A stretch of 64,000 nucleotides of DNA from Octopus sinensis (GCF_006345805.1 NC_043018.1:310001-374000), one strand, 5' to 3'; shown: positions 26,796 to 41,748, numbered from the stretch's first letter. Numbers and translations are program-made. Notes: generated from the sequence alone by a model not told the origin.

Positions 26796-27246
26796 ATGTA
26801 TACATACATACATATATATATATACATATATATGTGTATATACATACATATATATATGTATATACATACATATATATATGTATATACATACATACATATA
26901 TATATATACACATATATACATATATATATATACATACATATAATATATATATGTATATACATACATATATATATACATACAAATATATATATATGTATAT
27001 ACATACATATATGTATATATATAAACTTTATTTGTGGAATCATTTCTGTTGACAGGGTTTGTGACCAAATAACTTCCAAACATTTCTGAGATGGAATAAA
27101 AATTCTGATCCGATATACATCAACATCTCCCTTTGTGTATTGTATTGTATGCAAATCTCCTTTCCTTTAGAAATGATGAATGTAAGCTAAACCTTTAACA
27201 AAAGTGCCACAGATTTATATACTTATAATTTGTACGCACACACACA

Positions 27247-27300
<54 letters not shown>

Positions 27301-27649
27301 TATATATATATACACACATTTCCAAAACACATTTTAAAGGTTCACAATTCATTCATATTATGTTTCAGTGTCTCTATGTTTATACCTGTATGCGTGTACG
27401 TATGAGTGTGCCTGTGCATGTGTATATATGTGTGTCTGTGTGTGTGTGTGTGTTTGTTTGTTCGTGTGCATGCGTGTCTTTTTGCTGTGTGACGCGCTCA
27501 TAAATTGAATTCTTTACCTTCACTTGACGTTTTAAATGAAAGACACCAAGAAAAAAATCAAAAACAAAAACAAAAACTAAATCAAGAAGGAAACAGTAGC
27601 AACACACACTGACACGCGCACCCAAACACAGCCACACACACACACACAG

Positions 27650-27692
<43 letters not shown>

Positions 27693-30640
27693 TACATATA
27701 CTCTGACACACACCCTCTGACACCTTCCCTGCAACACTCTTTCAAAATCTCTAATTCTCCTGCTATTTTCTTTCCTCGTGGTTGCTGAATATGAATGTAT
27801 GTAAGTAATTCTGCCTTCGCAACGGCACTTTAGATTTTAATCTCATGATCATAGCCAAGCGTTGCTCTCTTTTTAGATTTAATTTCTGTTTTAGTTATTT
27901 TTCATTATCATTGTTGTCGTCATCAACATCACTTTTTTTTTACATCATCACTTTTGTTTTCGCTGTCGTTGCTTTCGCTGTTGGAGCGGTTGCATGGCTC
28001 TTGTGCAGATCGTCATCGTCGTGGCCGTCCTTTTTTCCCGCTGTAATCATAGTTTTTTTTTCTTCTTGTTTTTTGGCGTATTCATTATTGTCCTTGGTGC
28101 TTCATATTTTTCTTTTCATTGTTCTTGTTACTGTTGCTGCCGCTATTATATTTCCTGTCGTTCTTGCTTCGAACATCCTTGTCATTATCATTGTTGTTAT
28201 TGCTTCTATTATTGTTGTCACCGTTTATACTGTTCTTGATGCTGTTGTTGTTGTTGTTGTTTTCTTCATCTGTTTCTTTATATCAGAGTTCATAAATTCA
28301 CTTCAACGATTCTTTGATAAATTTATCCTTAAAACGCGTTAGGATAAAACTACACAAACAAACAAACAACAAACAAACAAGAAACAACATACAAATAAAA
28401 TAAAATGAAATAAAATAAAGAGAAATATATTATTTAAAATCGTAAAAACATAAACGCTTTTGTTTTTCCTTTTCATTTTGTGTTTCTTTATCAACTTTTG
28501 AATGGGAGGTATTCGGCATCTTAATGGGTGGATGGAAGTAGAAACAGTGGAATTAATTATGGATTGAGTGTAATAAATCAACTAAACCTATAAATGATGA
28601 TGAAACTATCAGTAATCTCCCACCACCATCACCACCGCTATCAACAACAACAACAACACCAAAAGCAGCAGCAGCAGCAGTAACAAATACAACAACTGCA
28701 ACAACAATAACATATCGTTGCCATTTCCGCGCCATTCCCATCATTTGCGCAACTTACAAGGCTTCGCATTTCTCATTTAGAGTTCATTTATTTCTTTCAT
28801 ATTAAATTGCTAAACAGACGAACATTATTCAAACGAATACATCATCATGTGCACCGTGTGAGGGGGAGTTTAAGGGTTCTTCTTGCTCGCTAGGCCGGAT
28901 GCACACTCAACGCCCGGTCAACGCGACATTACGGTTTATGAAAGTATCTGTAAGTGATTGTTGCCTCATGCATAAATTAGCAAGATCAGAGCTTCAATAT
29001 TCTTATACGAGAACTGGATATTTATTCGAGGGTTCTGGGGGGTGTCGCTGTTGTTGTTATTGATGTTGTTGTTTTAGTGTTGTAAGTGTTGCTGGAGGTA
29101 TGATGGGGGGTAGCATTTGTGGTGATGGTGGTTGGTTGGTTGGTTGTGATATTGTTGGTTGTTTTAGTATTGTTGGCGGAGGGTCATTGAAAAGATTTAT
29201 TGTAATGGATAACGAAATTACAAATCACTGGTTTCCAAAAATATTCCGCTTTGAAACTCGAGTGAAAGAGGGAGGGCAAACTCAGCATGTTATTTATGAT
29301 ATGCTGAAAGAAAGAAACCAGAACCAACTTAAATTACACAATTCAGTGTTAAAGAAAGAAAATTCTGGATATAACTAATACGAAGTGTTCGTAGATGACT
29401 TGTCATTGATTCCGCGTTTGTTTTATCAAAATCGAATCGGGATTACGCAACATCCATATCACAGCAGTAGGCCCCTAACTAAAAATTTGAAGCTTGTCAA
29501 ATATCTCATCTCTATATCGTATTCTGTTTTTCTACATTACATTATATGTTTGTCATATTTGTCTCCAAACGGCCACGATTTTCTGTAGTTAAATGTTTTA
29601 GACATACATTTTCATGCTCCGTTTCTGCTAACATTGTGATATTTTCCTTCACCTGAACCATTTCATATTCATCTTTTTGCCAATATTTAAGTGTTTACTT
29701 TTAAGCACATTTACTTTTTGAGCGATTGTTTCATTCTCTTCTGACACACCAGTTATATGTTTCCGAAATAATTTATTTTAATGCTTTCATTAAATGTTTC
29801 TGTCCAATTAGGGACAGTAAGTATTCTCCTGTAAAGTCAAAGGTTTTGCAATAGAAATTTTGTGTTTGCGTGCATCTAGTTTCGAACATGCTGCTTGTTG
29901 ACTAAATTTATCCTTATTTTTCTGGTACATCTTCCATTACTGTTGAAATGTAAATTTGTTTTCAGGCAATTTGAAAATAAAACTTGCAGTTTTTTCTAAT
30001 AATGGCAGCAGACAGTGTCCTCTAGATAAATTCTTCGTTATAGGTCAGAAGACTTGTTTTAGGTAAATATTGTACACGTTTGAGTTGCTCCTATAGCAAA
30101 GTTCGTTGTACATGTGATCGTATGAAATGTGTTTAGTGTTTAGTTTTAAGAATTCTTTTAGATTTGTAACCACCGTTATTATGAGTTGCGAGTTGAACAA
30201 GATGACGCTCAGCATTGTGGTTTTGATTATCTTTTATATGTATCATGCGCTTCAGCCTTACAAAAACGAATTGCAAAACGGATTCTTTAGGCATAACCAG
30301 CCGGCAGGAAACCAAGCATAAGGTAGTTGGTTAATATCCATAGCCTCAGTTGGCTAGAGTTGGGAATAAATATGTTTAAACGTTACAACAGATGTTTCAA
30401 ATTTGTCATAAAAGATTACATCATAATATAATTCGCCATCATCTGGTGGAATTTTAAATATGTAAGACATCAAACAGGTACGATTTTAGCTTAGCAATTT
30501 TTGTCTACGTACAGGTCGATGTTTAATAATTTATCTGATGATGGAGGACTATATATCATGATATGTTTTGTTGACTACATTGAATAACACGCTGCCAGAT
30601 CAATTGTCAAAATTTGAACGTGATATATATTTAGGATAGT

Positions 30641-30800
30641 AGTGGCTGTGTGGTAAGTTGTTTGTCTACGAACCACATGGTTCCAGGCTCAGTCCCACTG
30701 CGTGGTGTCTTGGGCAAGTGTCTTCTACTATAGCCTCGTCCTGACCAGAGCCTTGTGAGGGGATTTGGTAGACAGAAACTGAAAGACGCCTGACGTATAT
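30641..30800 (+). mobile_element. SINE family C, 5' half
   Basis: GTGGCTGTGTGGTAAG...TCTTGGGCAAGTGTCTTCTACTATAGCC. Confidence 0.85.
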
Positions 30801-30813
30801 AGGTATATATATA

Positions 30814-31030
30814 TTTCTTTACTGCCCAAAAGGGGCTAAACATAGAGGGGACAAACAAGGACAAAGGGATTAACTCGATTACATCGACCCCAGTGCGTAA
30901 CTGGTACTTTATTTATCGACCCCGAAAGGATGCAAGGCAAAGTCGACCTCGGAGGAATTTGAACTCAGAACGTAACGACAGACGAAATACAGGTAAGCAT
31001 TTCGCCCGGCGCGCTAACGTTTCTGCCAGC
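30814..31030 (-). mobile_element. SINE family B
   Basis: Reverse complement of the family B sequence seen at 13250. Confidence 0.9.
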
Positions 31031-31039
31031 TATATAAAT

Positions 31040-31049
31040 CATTATACAG

Positions 31050-31098
<49 letters not shown>

Positions 31099-31532
31099 CA
31101 TTACTTACATGTGAATTCATGCACACACAGATATATAACATATATATTTATGTATATATATATATATATATATTATTATAATATATATGTATATGTATAT
31201 AGATATTATATATATAATATTATAAGTATATATATATATATAATATATATATTAATATATATATATATGTATATATATATAATGTATATAATATATTCTA
31301 TTTTATTAACATATATATATAATATAATATATATTATATATGTATATATATATAATGTATATATATATATTATATATATATATACATATACATATACATA
31401 TATATATATTTATATATATATATAATTATATATGTATATTATATATATATATAATAATATATATAGTATATATATATATATATATAATATATATATATAT
31501 ATGTATATATATTAATGTGTATATATATATAT

Positions 31533-31566
<34 letters not shown>

Positions 31567-31573
31567 TATATAT

Positions 31574-31647
<74 letters not shown>

Positions 31648-31672
31648 TTATATATTATAATATATATATATA
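31040..31672. repeat. Long interrupted (TA)n array
   Basis: Direct reading; similar arrays at about 1380-1580, 23890-24060, 43020-43260, 43735-44150 and 63070-63198. Confidence 0.95.
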
Positions 31673-32176
31673 TGAATGTGTAAGATCAAAGCATGCGATC
31701 CGTTCATACTGTCAGGCGCGAACAGAAGCGCACCACATCTCGACACATCAATCACTCTCTTTGTCTCTGTCTACCTGTCTTTTGGCCTGTCTCTCTCTTC
31801 TTGTCACTACATATTTGTGCGCCTGCGTCTATGTATTCAAAAGGCATTAATGAACATAGGACAGAAATAGCGACAATCACTTCCACGCACACACATACAT
31901 GTGTATCATATGACTTAAGTTGGCTATTCCAGTTCACGTAACGGTATTAAATATTTCACTGTGATCAATATATAGATTTTAAAGTTTGCTTTGAAGAGTA
32001 ATTAATGATTTTGGTCGGCTACATAATTGAAGATATTTAGGTGTGAACAATTTTAGTGTTCTACCGCGCCGAGTGACACACACACACACATCACCGAATC
32101 TCATACAAACAGCTTTATACATTGTCACACAAACAAACACACATAAACACACACGCACAAACATACACAAACACAG

Positions 32177-32222
<46 letters not shown>

Positions 32223-32769
32223 AGCATTCACAGACACACACTCACCCATATTTATAAACATATGAAAGAAAAACATGGCGGGAGACAGATTCGTAGACAA
32301 GCACACCCAATTTATGTGCGTATATTTGCATATGCATGCGGCTGTCCTAGTTGCTAAGCAACTAAACTCTCACTCTTCCGTTCGTAGTTTCGATTTCATG
32401 TTCGAGAGGCGTGGCAATTTCTTGGACAAGGCACTTCCTGACAACCAGTACAGTGCATTCAGCTGGCCATGTTCAAGGTGTAGAGTGAGAGCATACGTTG
32501 TCATCAAGAAGTTGCGTTTAAGGCGGCGAACTGGCAGAAACGTTAGCACGCCGGGCGAAATGCTTAGCGGTGCCTTTCCCTTGGATAACATTGGTAGCGT
32601 GGAGAGGGAAAGCCGGTATGCGCGTGCGACTGCTGGTCTTCCATAAAACAACCTTGCCCAGACTTGTGCCTCAGAGGGTAATTCTCTAGGTGTAAGCCCA
32701 TGGTCAGTGTCTGACCGAAGGGGGGTCACACTCACACACATATATATATTTACACACATGAAGTGGAGG

Positions 32770-33960
32770 AACAATTCGAAGACATGGTGATACAAGACGT
32801 AATTGTTATCACGTTGGAAGATAATATCAAAATGTAGCTGATACGATGAAAAACGGGAAGGCAAAAGGAAGTTCTGAATCTAATTCAAAACTGCAGGGCT
32901 GTGTTCACCAAGGAATTATACCAGACTGGAGGGTCAAAGGAAGAACCGAGTTGATGCAAAAGGATATATCCAAGGGCCCCGTTATATATTTGATTTAATT
33001 GTTCAAAAATATTTAAGAAATTGGAAGACAGTCTTTATGGCTGGTGGAGGATGGACAAACAGGCATTAAGTGTGGAATCTCAGGAGACTCAGTGCCACCC
33101 TTACATTGTATGCTATCATTCACCATATTTCTGGTTACAAACAGTATAAAAAAAGGTGAGACCAATCAAAGATCTGACGTTTATGGAAGATTTTGAAACT
33201 TTACGCAGCTACCAGTGCTCAATTGTATTCCCTTATTCAGTCTGTAGGAAGTTTCTTTCAAGACATCCGCATGGCATTTGAAATAGAGAAATATGCAGTT
33301 AATGAACCAAAAAGACGGCGAAAGCTAGACAGCAGGGGAGTAAAACTTGAAGATGATTCTTACTGCTCAAGTACAAGCTTTGCGAATTCACTCAGTCACG
33401 TGTAGCGTTGATAAGAATACAGCACCATCTTTGTGAAGAGTATGAGTAAAATAATCTGCGACAGTTATACACATAATTAGTGGGTGCTGAAAAACATCCC
33501 AAAAGTAATACACAAAACACTACGACAAAGTAACCGTGCGAATGCACTTGGAGTTATGTAATAAGTGTGAGCTACAATATTCCAACAAGTAGTCCGAACA
33601 CCAACCTGTACCAATAGCACAGATTAATCAGGTAAAACTCACAGGCGTTATTCAAATATATACAAAAGGCAACATGTTCAACCAAATATTACACTCCTAC
33701 TGAAAGAGTCTAAAGAATGAGCCCGTATAAACTTCGCAATTCCTCCATTTAGAATCATCTCAATAAGAACAATATTCTCATGTCTAATGCCCTAAATGCC
33801 AAATTTTGAGAAGTATTCAGGTGGCAGCATTACTTGGAACAAGTTATGTTGAGGAATGTGTTGCTTCTCTAAGCTGCGGGATGGAGCTGAGACTTGATAT
33901 AGACATAGATCGGAAGTTAAGTGAATTACAAGAACAATAATGAAAATAAAAATAATAATA
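32770..33960 (+). pseudogene. Decayed R4/Dong-type LINE: RT domain and 3' end, internally deleted
   Basis: GISGDS..., LTFMED/LKLYAATSAQLYSLIQSVGSFFQDIRMAFEIEKYAV (FMDDLKLYA...DIGMEFGxxKC-like); IQVAALLGT near the 3' end; TAA-rich tail. Confidence 0.8.
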
Positions 33961-34019
33961 TTTTGTATATTTTAATTATTTAGTAAACAAAGATATAGAC
34001 AAATGGCTGAAATAAGCAA

Positions 34020-34200
34020 AGATAAAGACAAATGGCTGAAGTAAATTGGAATAGAATGCCCGGTAGAGCTTTTACAGAAAGTTTGACTTGTGAGGACATC
34101 AAGGTTTATCAGGAGGGTTCTAAGCACTTGAAAGATTGCTGTACATTTGTGGATGTCTAAGATTACAAGTAGTAACCCGCTACCCACAGAAGTCCTACCA
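34020..34200 (+). pseudogene. Second R4/Dong-type 3'-end fragment
   Basis: LLQKV*LVRTSRFIRRVLST*, resembling the LQKxxLLGTARILRRVL C-terminus. Confidence 0.55.
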
Positions 34201-34261
34201 GGAATAAGACCAAACCTCAGCCATACCAATACAATGGTTTCAAATTTCAGCATATGTCCAA

Positions 34262-34453
34262 CAATTTCGGTGGTGGGGAAGATGGGTTGATTACATCGAC
34301 CCCATTGTTTAACTGGTACTTATTTTTATCGACCCAGACACAATGAAAGGAAAAGTAGAGCGCGACGGAATTTGAACTCAGAACGTAAAGGCGGATAAAA
34401 TGCCGCTAAGCATTCTGACCGGCGTGGGAACGATTCTGCCGGTTCGTCGCCTT
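34262..34453 (-). mobile_element. SINE family B, diverged
   Basis: Reverse-complement head and central domain. Confidence 0.8.
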
Positions 34454-35094
34454 GTGTAACAATAACGATAGAACAATAACTACTACTACTGCGGTTGCTA
34501 CTACTGTTACTACAGATGATTATAGTAACAATATAGATTGGTGTCTATCATATCGTCAGTGACACAGAACATTGATTATATATATATGTATATTACATGT
34601 TTCACAGAAATCTGTTCAAACTGCAGATAAAGACTGAGTTTGCGCATCGAAAAGCTTCTCAATCTAATATTATTGGTCATCTGTTTCATCCCTAGATAAA
34701 TATAACTGTCAGTTATTCCGTGATGGTTGGATAATTCTGTTGACACCTTCTTCCAGAAATGCTACCTTCATTAACAGAACTAAATAAATATTTCCTTTTA
34801 CACTTCCTGCTTCAGTTGTGGATATTTAAATGAAATGAAGGACATCTAGAGATATTTCAATGATGCCAATCAAAGATCGATGCCGTTTCTATATCTCTCT
34901 CTCTCTCTCTCTCTTACCCCAACAGCTTTAGTGTTAATGATTTTGACGATGAATATTAAAAAGAATAATGATGCGATGTTGGTCATAATCATCTTAATTA
35001 TCATCATCATCATCATCCTCGCTTTCGCTGCCATCATAACTGATACTAAAATCAAGACTACCATCACCAACCCACAACGACGGCGTTCACTAAC

Positions 35095-35415
35095 TTGACC
35101 ACCACTACTACCTCGGCCACCACTAACACTACCACCGTCGTCGTCACGTCCCATCATAATTTTCATAAACGTCATCGATATCATCCCCGTAACCACAGCC
35201 ACCATAACCATCACCATCAACATCATCACCATGGACATAAACATCATCACCATCGACATAAACATCATCACCATGGACATCAACATCATCTTCCCCATCA
35301 TCACCATGGACATCAACATCATCACCATGGACATCAACATCATCACCAACGACATCAACATCATCATCACCATCATCGCCGTCGTCATCATCACCGTCAT
35401 TAACGCCGTCTTCAT
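35095..35415. repeat. (CAT/CAC)-rich low-complexity tract with a repeated CATCATCACCATGGACATCAA unit
   Basis: Direct reading. Confidence 0.9.
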
Positions 35416-36548
35416 CAGTATTTCATGGACTAGTAATGTCTGCGATAATTAGTTTAACACGTAGTGTGTTGATAATTCCGTCTCCCAGCTTGATAAGATT
35501 ACCCTCACATAAATCCATTGACAGCACCCCCACCCTACAACCACTACACTCATCGTCAATGACATCGTTCAGGTTTTCATCGAGAAGCTTCATATATGTG
35601 CTTGTCAGACCTTCGTTTTACCCTTAAGATCTGCAAGTACTTATGCCCTGATTCGAACAAAATTGGTGCGTTCTGGGACAAGTTGGATACGTCTCAAATA
35701 TTCGGTAGTGTTAGGCATCAATTATTAATGGTTACGTTCCCCTTGTTCGAATGGGATTGGATATCTAAAGGATAAAATGCGATGAATTTCTGGACGAATA
35801 CCTTAAAAAGAGCTGTTGCTATATATAATGCCTATTCACTACAACCAAACATATATTTTTTTTCACGGAATTTCTGCTGGTCGTTGTTTCTGGTCATCGC
35901 CTGACGTGATCAAGAAAGCTCCATTTTAAATCAAGCTGGAGTAGGAGGCATTGCTATCAAAGGAAAAAATGCGATGACTTTCTAAACAAAAACCTTAAAA
36001 GTAGCCCCAGTTAAGTTTAATACCTGGTCTCTACAACCAAACATTTATCTTTTGCAAACTTTTATCATCTACTTGGTTCGGTCATTTGAGTGCGGCTATG
36101 TTGCGGCACCGACTTCCAAAATATTTCGTCTAGCGAATCGATCCCGATATTCATATTTGATTTTTAAGCCATGTACATCTTCTATCGATCTTTGCCGAAC
36201 CGCTAATTTATGAGGACGTAAACAAACCAATTACGGTCGTCAATCGGTGGTGGTGGAGGGCTAACACGGACAAAAATCACACATACATGTATATAAACCA
36301 CCACCACACACACACACAGAGGCAAACACACGCACACACACGTATTAAGGACAGCTTTCCGTTTCTGTATTTCAAATCCAATGCTATCAGCGTAGACCGA
36401 AAGAGCAGTCAGAAAGATGGCTTCAGATTGTACAACACAATTTCTTCTATTTTAATGCTAGACTGCTTTTGTTGTAAACTGATGAATACATCCGACAAGT
36501 TACATGAATTTTGCAGAAATTTTGACACAACACAATATATGACAAATT

Positions 36549-36948
36549 ATGGCTGTGTGGTAAGTAGCTTGCTAACCAACCACATGGTTCTGGGTTCAGT
36601 CCCACTGCGTGGCACCTTGGGCAAGTGTCTTCTACTATAGCCTCGGGCCGACCAAAGCCTTGTGAGTGGATTTGGTAGACGGAAACTGAAAGAAGCCCGT
36701 CGTATATATGTATATATATATATATATATATATCTGAAAGAAGCCCGTCGTATATATATATATATATAACCATGTGGTTGGTTAGCAAGCTACTTACCAC
36801 ACAGCCATAATTTGTCATATATTGTGTTGTGTCAAAATTTCTGCAAAATTCATGTAACTTGTCGGATGTATTCATCAGTTTACAACAAAAGCGTGTGTGA
36901 GCGTGCGTGAGTGTGTGTGTGTGTGTACATATATGTACATACATATAT

Positions 36949-36999
<51 letters not shown>

Positions 37000-37185
37000 T
37001 GTGTGTCTGTGTTTGTCCCCCTAGCATTGCTTGACAACCGATGCTGGTATGTTTATGTCCCCGTAACTTAGCGGTTCGGCAAAAGAGACCGATAGAATAA
37101 GTCCCAGGGTCGAGTTGCCCGACTAAAGGCGGTGCTCCAGCATGGCCGCTGTCAAATGACTGAAACAAGTAAAAGAGTAAAAGAA
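36549..37185 (+). mobile_element. SINE family C interrupted by an inverted duplication
   Basis: Complete head and 3' part; the internal microsatellite contains a 125-bp inverted copy of 36465-36589. Confidence 0.9.
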
Positions 37186-37485
37186 TATATATATATATTG
37201 ATGTGCCTCTATTGATGTGCGCTTCCCATAATAACAGGAATCTTACTGAAGAGCCTACCTGAGTAAATAAATATTATTTTTATTGCTGAAATAGGCGAAA
37301 CTGCAGTATAAGAAGAACTAAGTTTGTAAAAGTTTTTAATTTTCATCTCATTAAATTTATCCAGCTTTTGTGTATCTAGTACACACTTCGCCTTTTAATG
37401 TACTTATATATGAATAATATATGGCGTGTGCTAGAACACCGGCGATTATAATTAATTTTATTGTATCGCATTTGACTTTGTTTAC

Positions 37486-37571
<86 letters not shown>

Positions 37572-37889
37572 ATATATACGTGTAGGGGTATTTATAATTT
37601 ATATTATATGATATACGATATGGATACATATGTACGTATCATATTTTAAAACATAAATAAAAAGCGACTTAATAGATTCCATTTTTGTAGTGATATAAAC
37701 ATTTATCAAAATAATATTCTGAATTTAACTCGTACATGTTGAGTAATATATGAATGCTGTTGTTAAGAGACAATGCAATCATATAAGAATTGTGTGTGTA
37801 TATATGTGTATATATATATATGCGTGTTTATGTATGAGAATATGCAGGCATGTAAACCTATCTATCAACCTCTCTCATATATATATATT

Positions 37890-37935
<46 letters not shown>

Positions 37936-37968
37936 TAGATACACACAAACATTCAAACACACACACAC

Positions 37969-38013
<45 letters not shown>

Positions 38014-38786
38014 GTATGTACATATATGTACACACACACACACTCACGCACGCTCACACACGCACACACGCTCACACACAAACACATATATCCATGCATA
38101 CGTGTACATTAAAATTGTAAATGTTCTCAGGTGCAGCTGCAAGTTTTCAATTCTCCAGGAAATGGATGCTACGAAAGATATGAAAAAGAGGTTAAAATTT
38201 AGCGAACGCAGCCAACTCTAACCTCTGTTCCATATACCGGAAGCAAATGTGTCAAGTCTTCACCTCACACATCTGATCCCGCTACAATATTTCAGCGTCT
38301 ACTACGTTGAATAGAATTCAAACTCTATACAAAGAAACAAAATTGTGCACTTGTGTACGTGTTAAGACAACCTGCACGAAAGTTCGTAGTCACCTTCAAC
38401 AAGTTTGTCTGTCTGTTTGCCTCTCTCCCATGTATTTATCAACCTATCTATCACCAGAAACACACACACAGACACACACACATATTTCTCTCTCTCTCTC
38501 TCTGTTTAATTCACTTATTCCTTCCTGTTGGAGAGCGTGTGCTCGAAAAGTAAATAACATTTTTCTCGAGCGTCAAACTAATTCTCCTTCTTCTTAAACT
38601 GTTTTCGCCTTTTCTTTTTCTATAAATTTCAACTAACTCTCTCTCTCTCTCTCTCTCCCTCTCTCTCTCATTCATATATATATTTACACGTGAATATATA
38701 TATATACACACATGCATATCTATATTTTAGAAACCCACATATATTTATACGTATATATATATATATATATATATATATGTAATATG

Positions 38787-38819
<33 letters not shown>

Positions 38820-39699
38820 AATGAATATGTAAATATCTGTTAGTGCGTGCATATTTGAATGTTTTTGCCAATTCTGCTGTTTGCAGAGATGAAGCCAGAC
38901 AAACGTGATAAAGGTTATATATAAGAGAAAATTTAATATAAAAACAAGGAAATTGGAAGCAAAATTTCTGATGTTTTAGGCTAGAATCTAAATTTATTTT
39001 TTGCCCTAATGTGTTAGTATTCACATTTCTGAACGTACAATTCAAATTTCACTTCCCACATCCGTCTGACGTTTATTTTCATACTATAAATAACGTAACA
39101 GACGTTTTATAAGCACGTTATATTTTGGATATAAAAATATAGCAATATCTCCGACTGTTATTAAAGATTAACAATAACATAACCTGAGGGTGAACGTAAT
39201 TTTCAGTTTGCGAAAAAGTCCATATTGGTTTTTCTCTCTGAAAACTACTTCAATCTTTTCCAGCTCTCATTCTTATAACCAGCTATAATATGTTTCTCCT
39301 AAGCACTTATTAGATAAAGCTCCTTGATATTCTAATCCCGCGTTCACTAAAATATGTAAAGCAAATATTATATTTCAGTATCTATTTCCTGAAAGTGTAC
39401 CTTATTTCTTCGAGAAGCCTGGTTGTCTGTGTGAGAAGCTTGCTACCCGACCATATGTTTCCGTGTAGCCTGCCCACTCATAATTCTTCGTCGTCCCGGA
39501 AACACCAAGAATTGTGAGTGAACATGCTATACGATAACTGAAAATAGCTTTTTATATGTATGTATTGCCATTATTCAGTTACGAGCAAAACGTCGCCCCT
39601 CCAATGGACCGTGCTGAGTTGTCAAACATCTAAACCAAAGTTTTTGGTTTCTTAAATATACTGCATTTTGTTGCATTATTTGAAGCCAGCCGGCTTTTT

Positions 39700-39959
39700 T
39701 TGCGCAAACTACACGTTCATTTTTCTCGCGTAAGCCTAGTATCGATCGCAACAGCTGATGTACTTACGCGTACAAATACACGTTCTCACGGCTTTATCGA
39801 TCACATTCTAACCCGAAATCAATTTTTGTAATATTTTCAAGACTTATACACGCCCTGATACTGTCGGTATCTACATATCAAATTCGAGCGCAATCGGACG
39901 GATGATGCCCGAGATCCTAGGAGACACACACAGAGACAGAACGGATTTTATATAATAGA
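39700..39959 (-). mobile_element. Probable Helitron 5'-end fragment (second family)
   Basis: Minus strand A|TCTATTATATAAAATCCGTTCTGTCTCTGTGTGTGTCTCC...CCGATTGCGCTCGAATTTG; no CTAG end found. Confidence 0.45.
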
Positions 39960-40367
39960 TATTTCAAGATTTGTTGCCAATAAAGAGCCAGTTTCTAATA
40001 TCGATCCAAAGCTTCTTTATTGAAATTTCAACATCAACAGGGTATATAGAGACATAGAAACATACGTCAGTGTTGAAATTCTTCTCGGTTATACGCGTGG
40101 CCATAACACTTCTTAACCAGTAGAAGCACGCGTGAGTTTCTGTGTGTGAATATATAATCTTGTAATTGTTTCACTCATTTGACAGCGGCAATGCTGGAGT
40201 GCAGCCTTAAAAAGTGGTTTTAGTCGAAGAAATCTAAATCAGGACATATTCTTTGTAAGCCTAGTATTCATTCTGTTGGTTTCTCATGCCGAAGTGCTAA
40301 CTTAAGGGGACGTATACACACATCTGTTTCCTAACAATAGTGGTGGGACAAAACCACAGACACAAAC

Positions 40368-40404
<37 letters not shown>

Positions 40405-41149
40405 CATATAGATTAAATAATTAGGGTAGAAATTGATATTAATCAATTAATACCAGTGGCTTAGTTTATTTTAAAAATCCGAAGATTAAAAATTGTGTTA
40501 CATACAAAATTTAGAGGACTGACCACTAATGTGTAGAGCCTATATGCTAAACATAGACGTCAAATAACCATTACCACGAATAATGTGTTCTGAAGAAAAA
40601 TCTCACCAAAAGAAAAACTGTAAAAATAAGCAAGACAAATGAAAATACACGAAATAAAAAACGATTACCTATGTACCATTGGTTTCACTTGTTAATATTT
40701 ACGCATATGAACACGCAAACATCTGCAAGATCATCAGCATATTCTGTCGTTTACAAAACAATCTCCTGAACTAGATATAGAACGCTCAACCGAAATCCAG
40801 CATGTAAAAAGTTCTACAAAATATATTTAAGTGTATCCTTCAAATGCTTTCACTTTGGTACGCTGAGATCGGAAATTACTCTGCAGTTAATAAATTCCAG
40901 CAGGTGAGGGGGAGGTGTTGAAATGGGCCGATGCAGAGTTGTGGAAACAGAGTCAACACTAGAGAAAGCAGTGTAGTTGTTGAGACCCAAATATTAAGGG
41001 ATGGTCAAGTTTAGAAGAAAATTATAACGGAGATAAATGTGGAAATTAAATGCAGTAACTAGATCAATACCCGTTAAAAAAACGAGAGAGAATAATGGTT
41101 TAAGAAATATATATAAGAAGGAGGTGCTATAAAGGTTTCGTGAAAGGAC

Positions 41150-41255
41150 TGGTTGGAGGTCCAACCTTCCAAGTTGTTTTACATGGCTTAGAGAAACTGA
41201 AAGACGTCTGCAATAAATGCGTGAATCTGAGAGGATAATATGTTGAATAGAATCA
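41150..41255 (+). mobile_element. Possible mariner 3'-end relic
   Basis: GLEKLKDVCNKCVNLRG*YVE* resembles the mariner C-terminus (GIxKLxxRWxKCVxxxGxYVE). Confidence 0.4.
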
Positions 41256-41704
41256 TAGTTAACATAATTAAATTCCCGGCAATCCTTCTATAATTTACAT
41301 GAATAATGAAACAGTGAGTATTGCAAAAGGGAAGGTTGATTATAGAAAAGAGATGGAGAAATAATTTAAAAGAAAAATTAGTTATTTACTGAATAACATG
41401 TAGAAATATAGAACAAAGATGTTGTTAAATCAATAAGCCTGAATAGAGATGAGTATGTAGAAAGGCAGAGAGTTCATGAACACAATAATCATATCTACAT
41501 CACGCGGAAATTGTGGCAGGGTAGTTGTGAAAGGAAATAAGAAGAGTGTTAAAAGGGAGATAGTGTTGTAAAAAGGATACAAAAAAGGTTATTAAAACAG
41601 GATGCTAACGAAAATTGTTGAATGAAATTGCAATTTACAGAGGTAGAGAAAATAGGATCGGAAGCGTTATACATACATGCATATATAACACTTCTATATA
41701 TATA

Positions 41705-41748
<44 letters not shown>

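Noticed and set aside
29560-30330. Protein-like stretches on both strands, including ORF 30127-30321
   Set aside because: Frameshifts and stops, no recognisable motif, and no consistent splice structure
36478-36530. CTGATGA as a hammerhead core (other CTGATGA at 15.36, 30.54 and 46.94 kb)
   Set aside because: No stem II, GAAA and helix III arrangement follows
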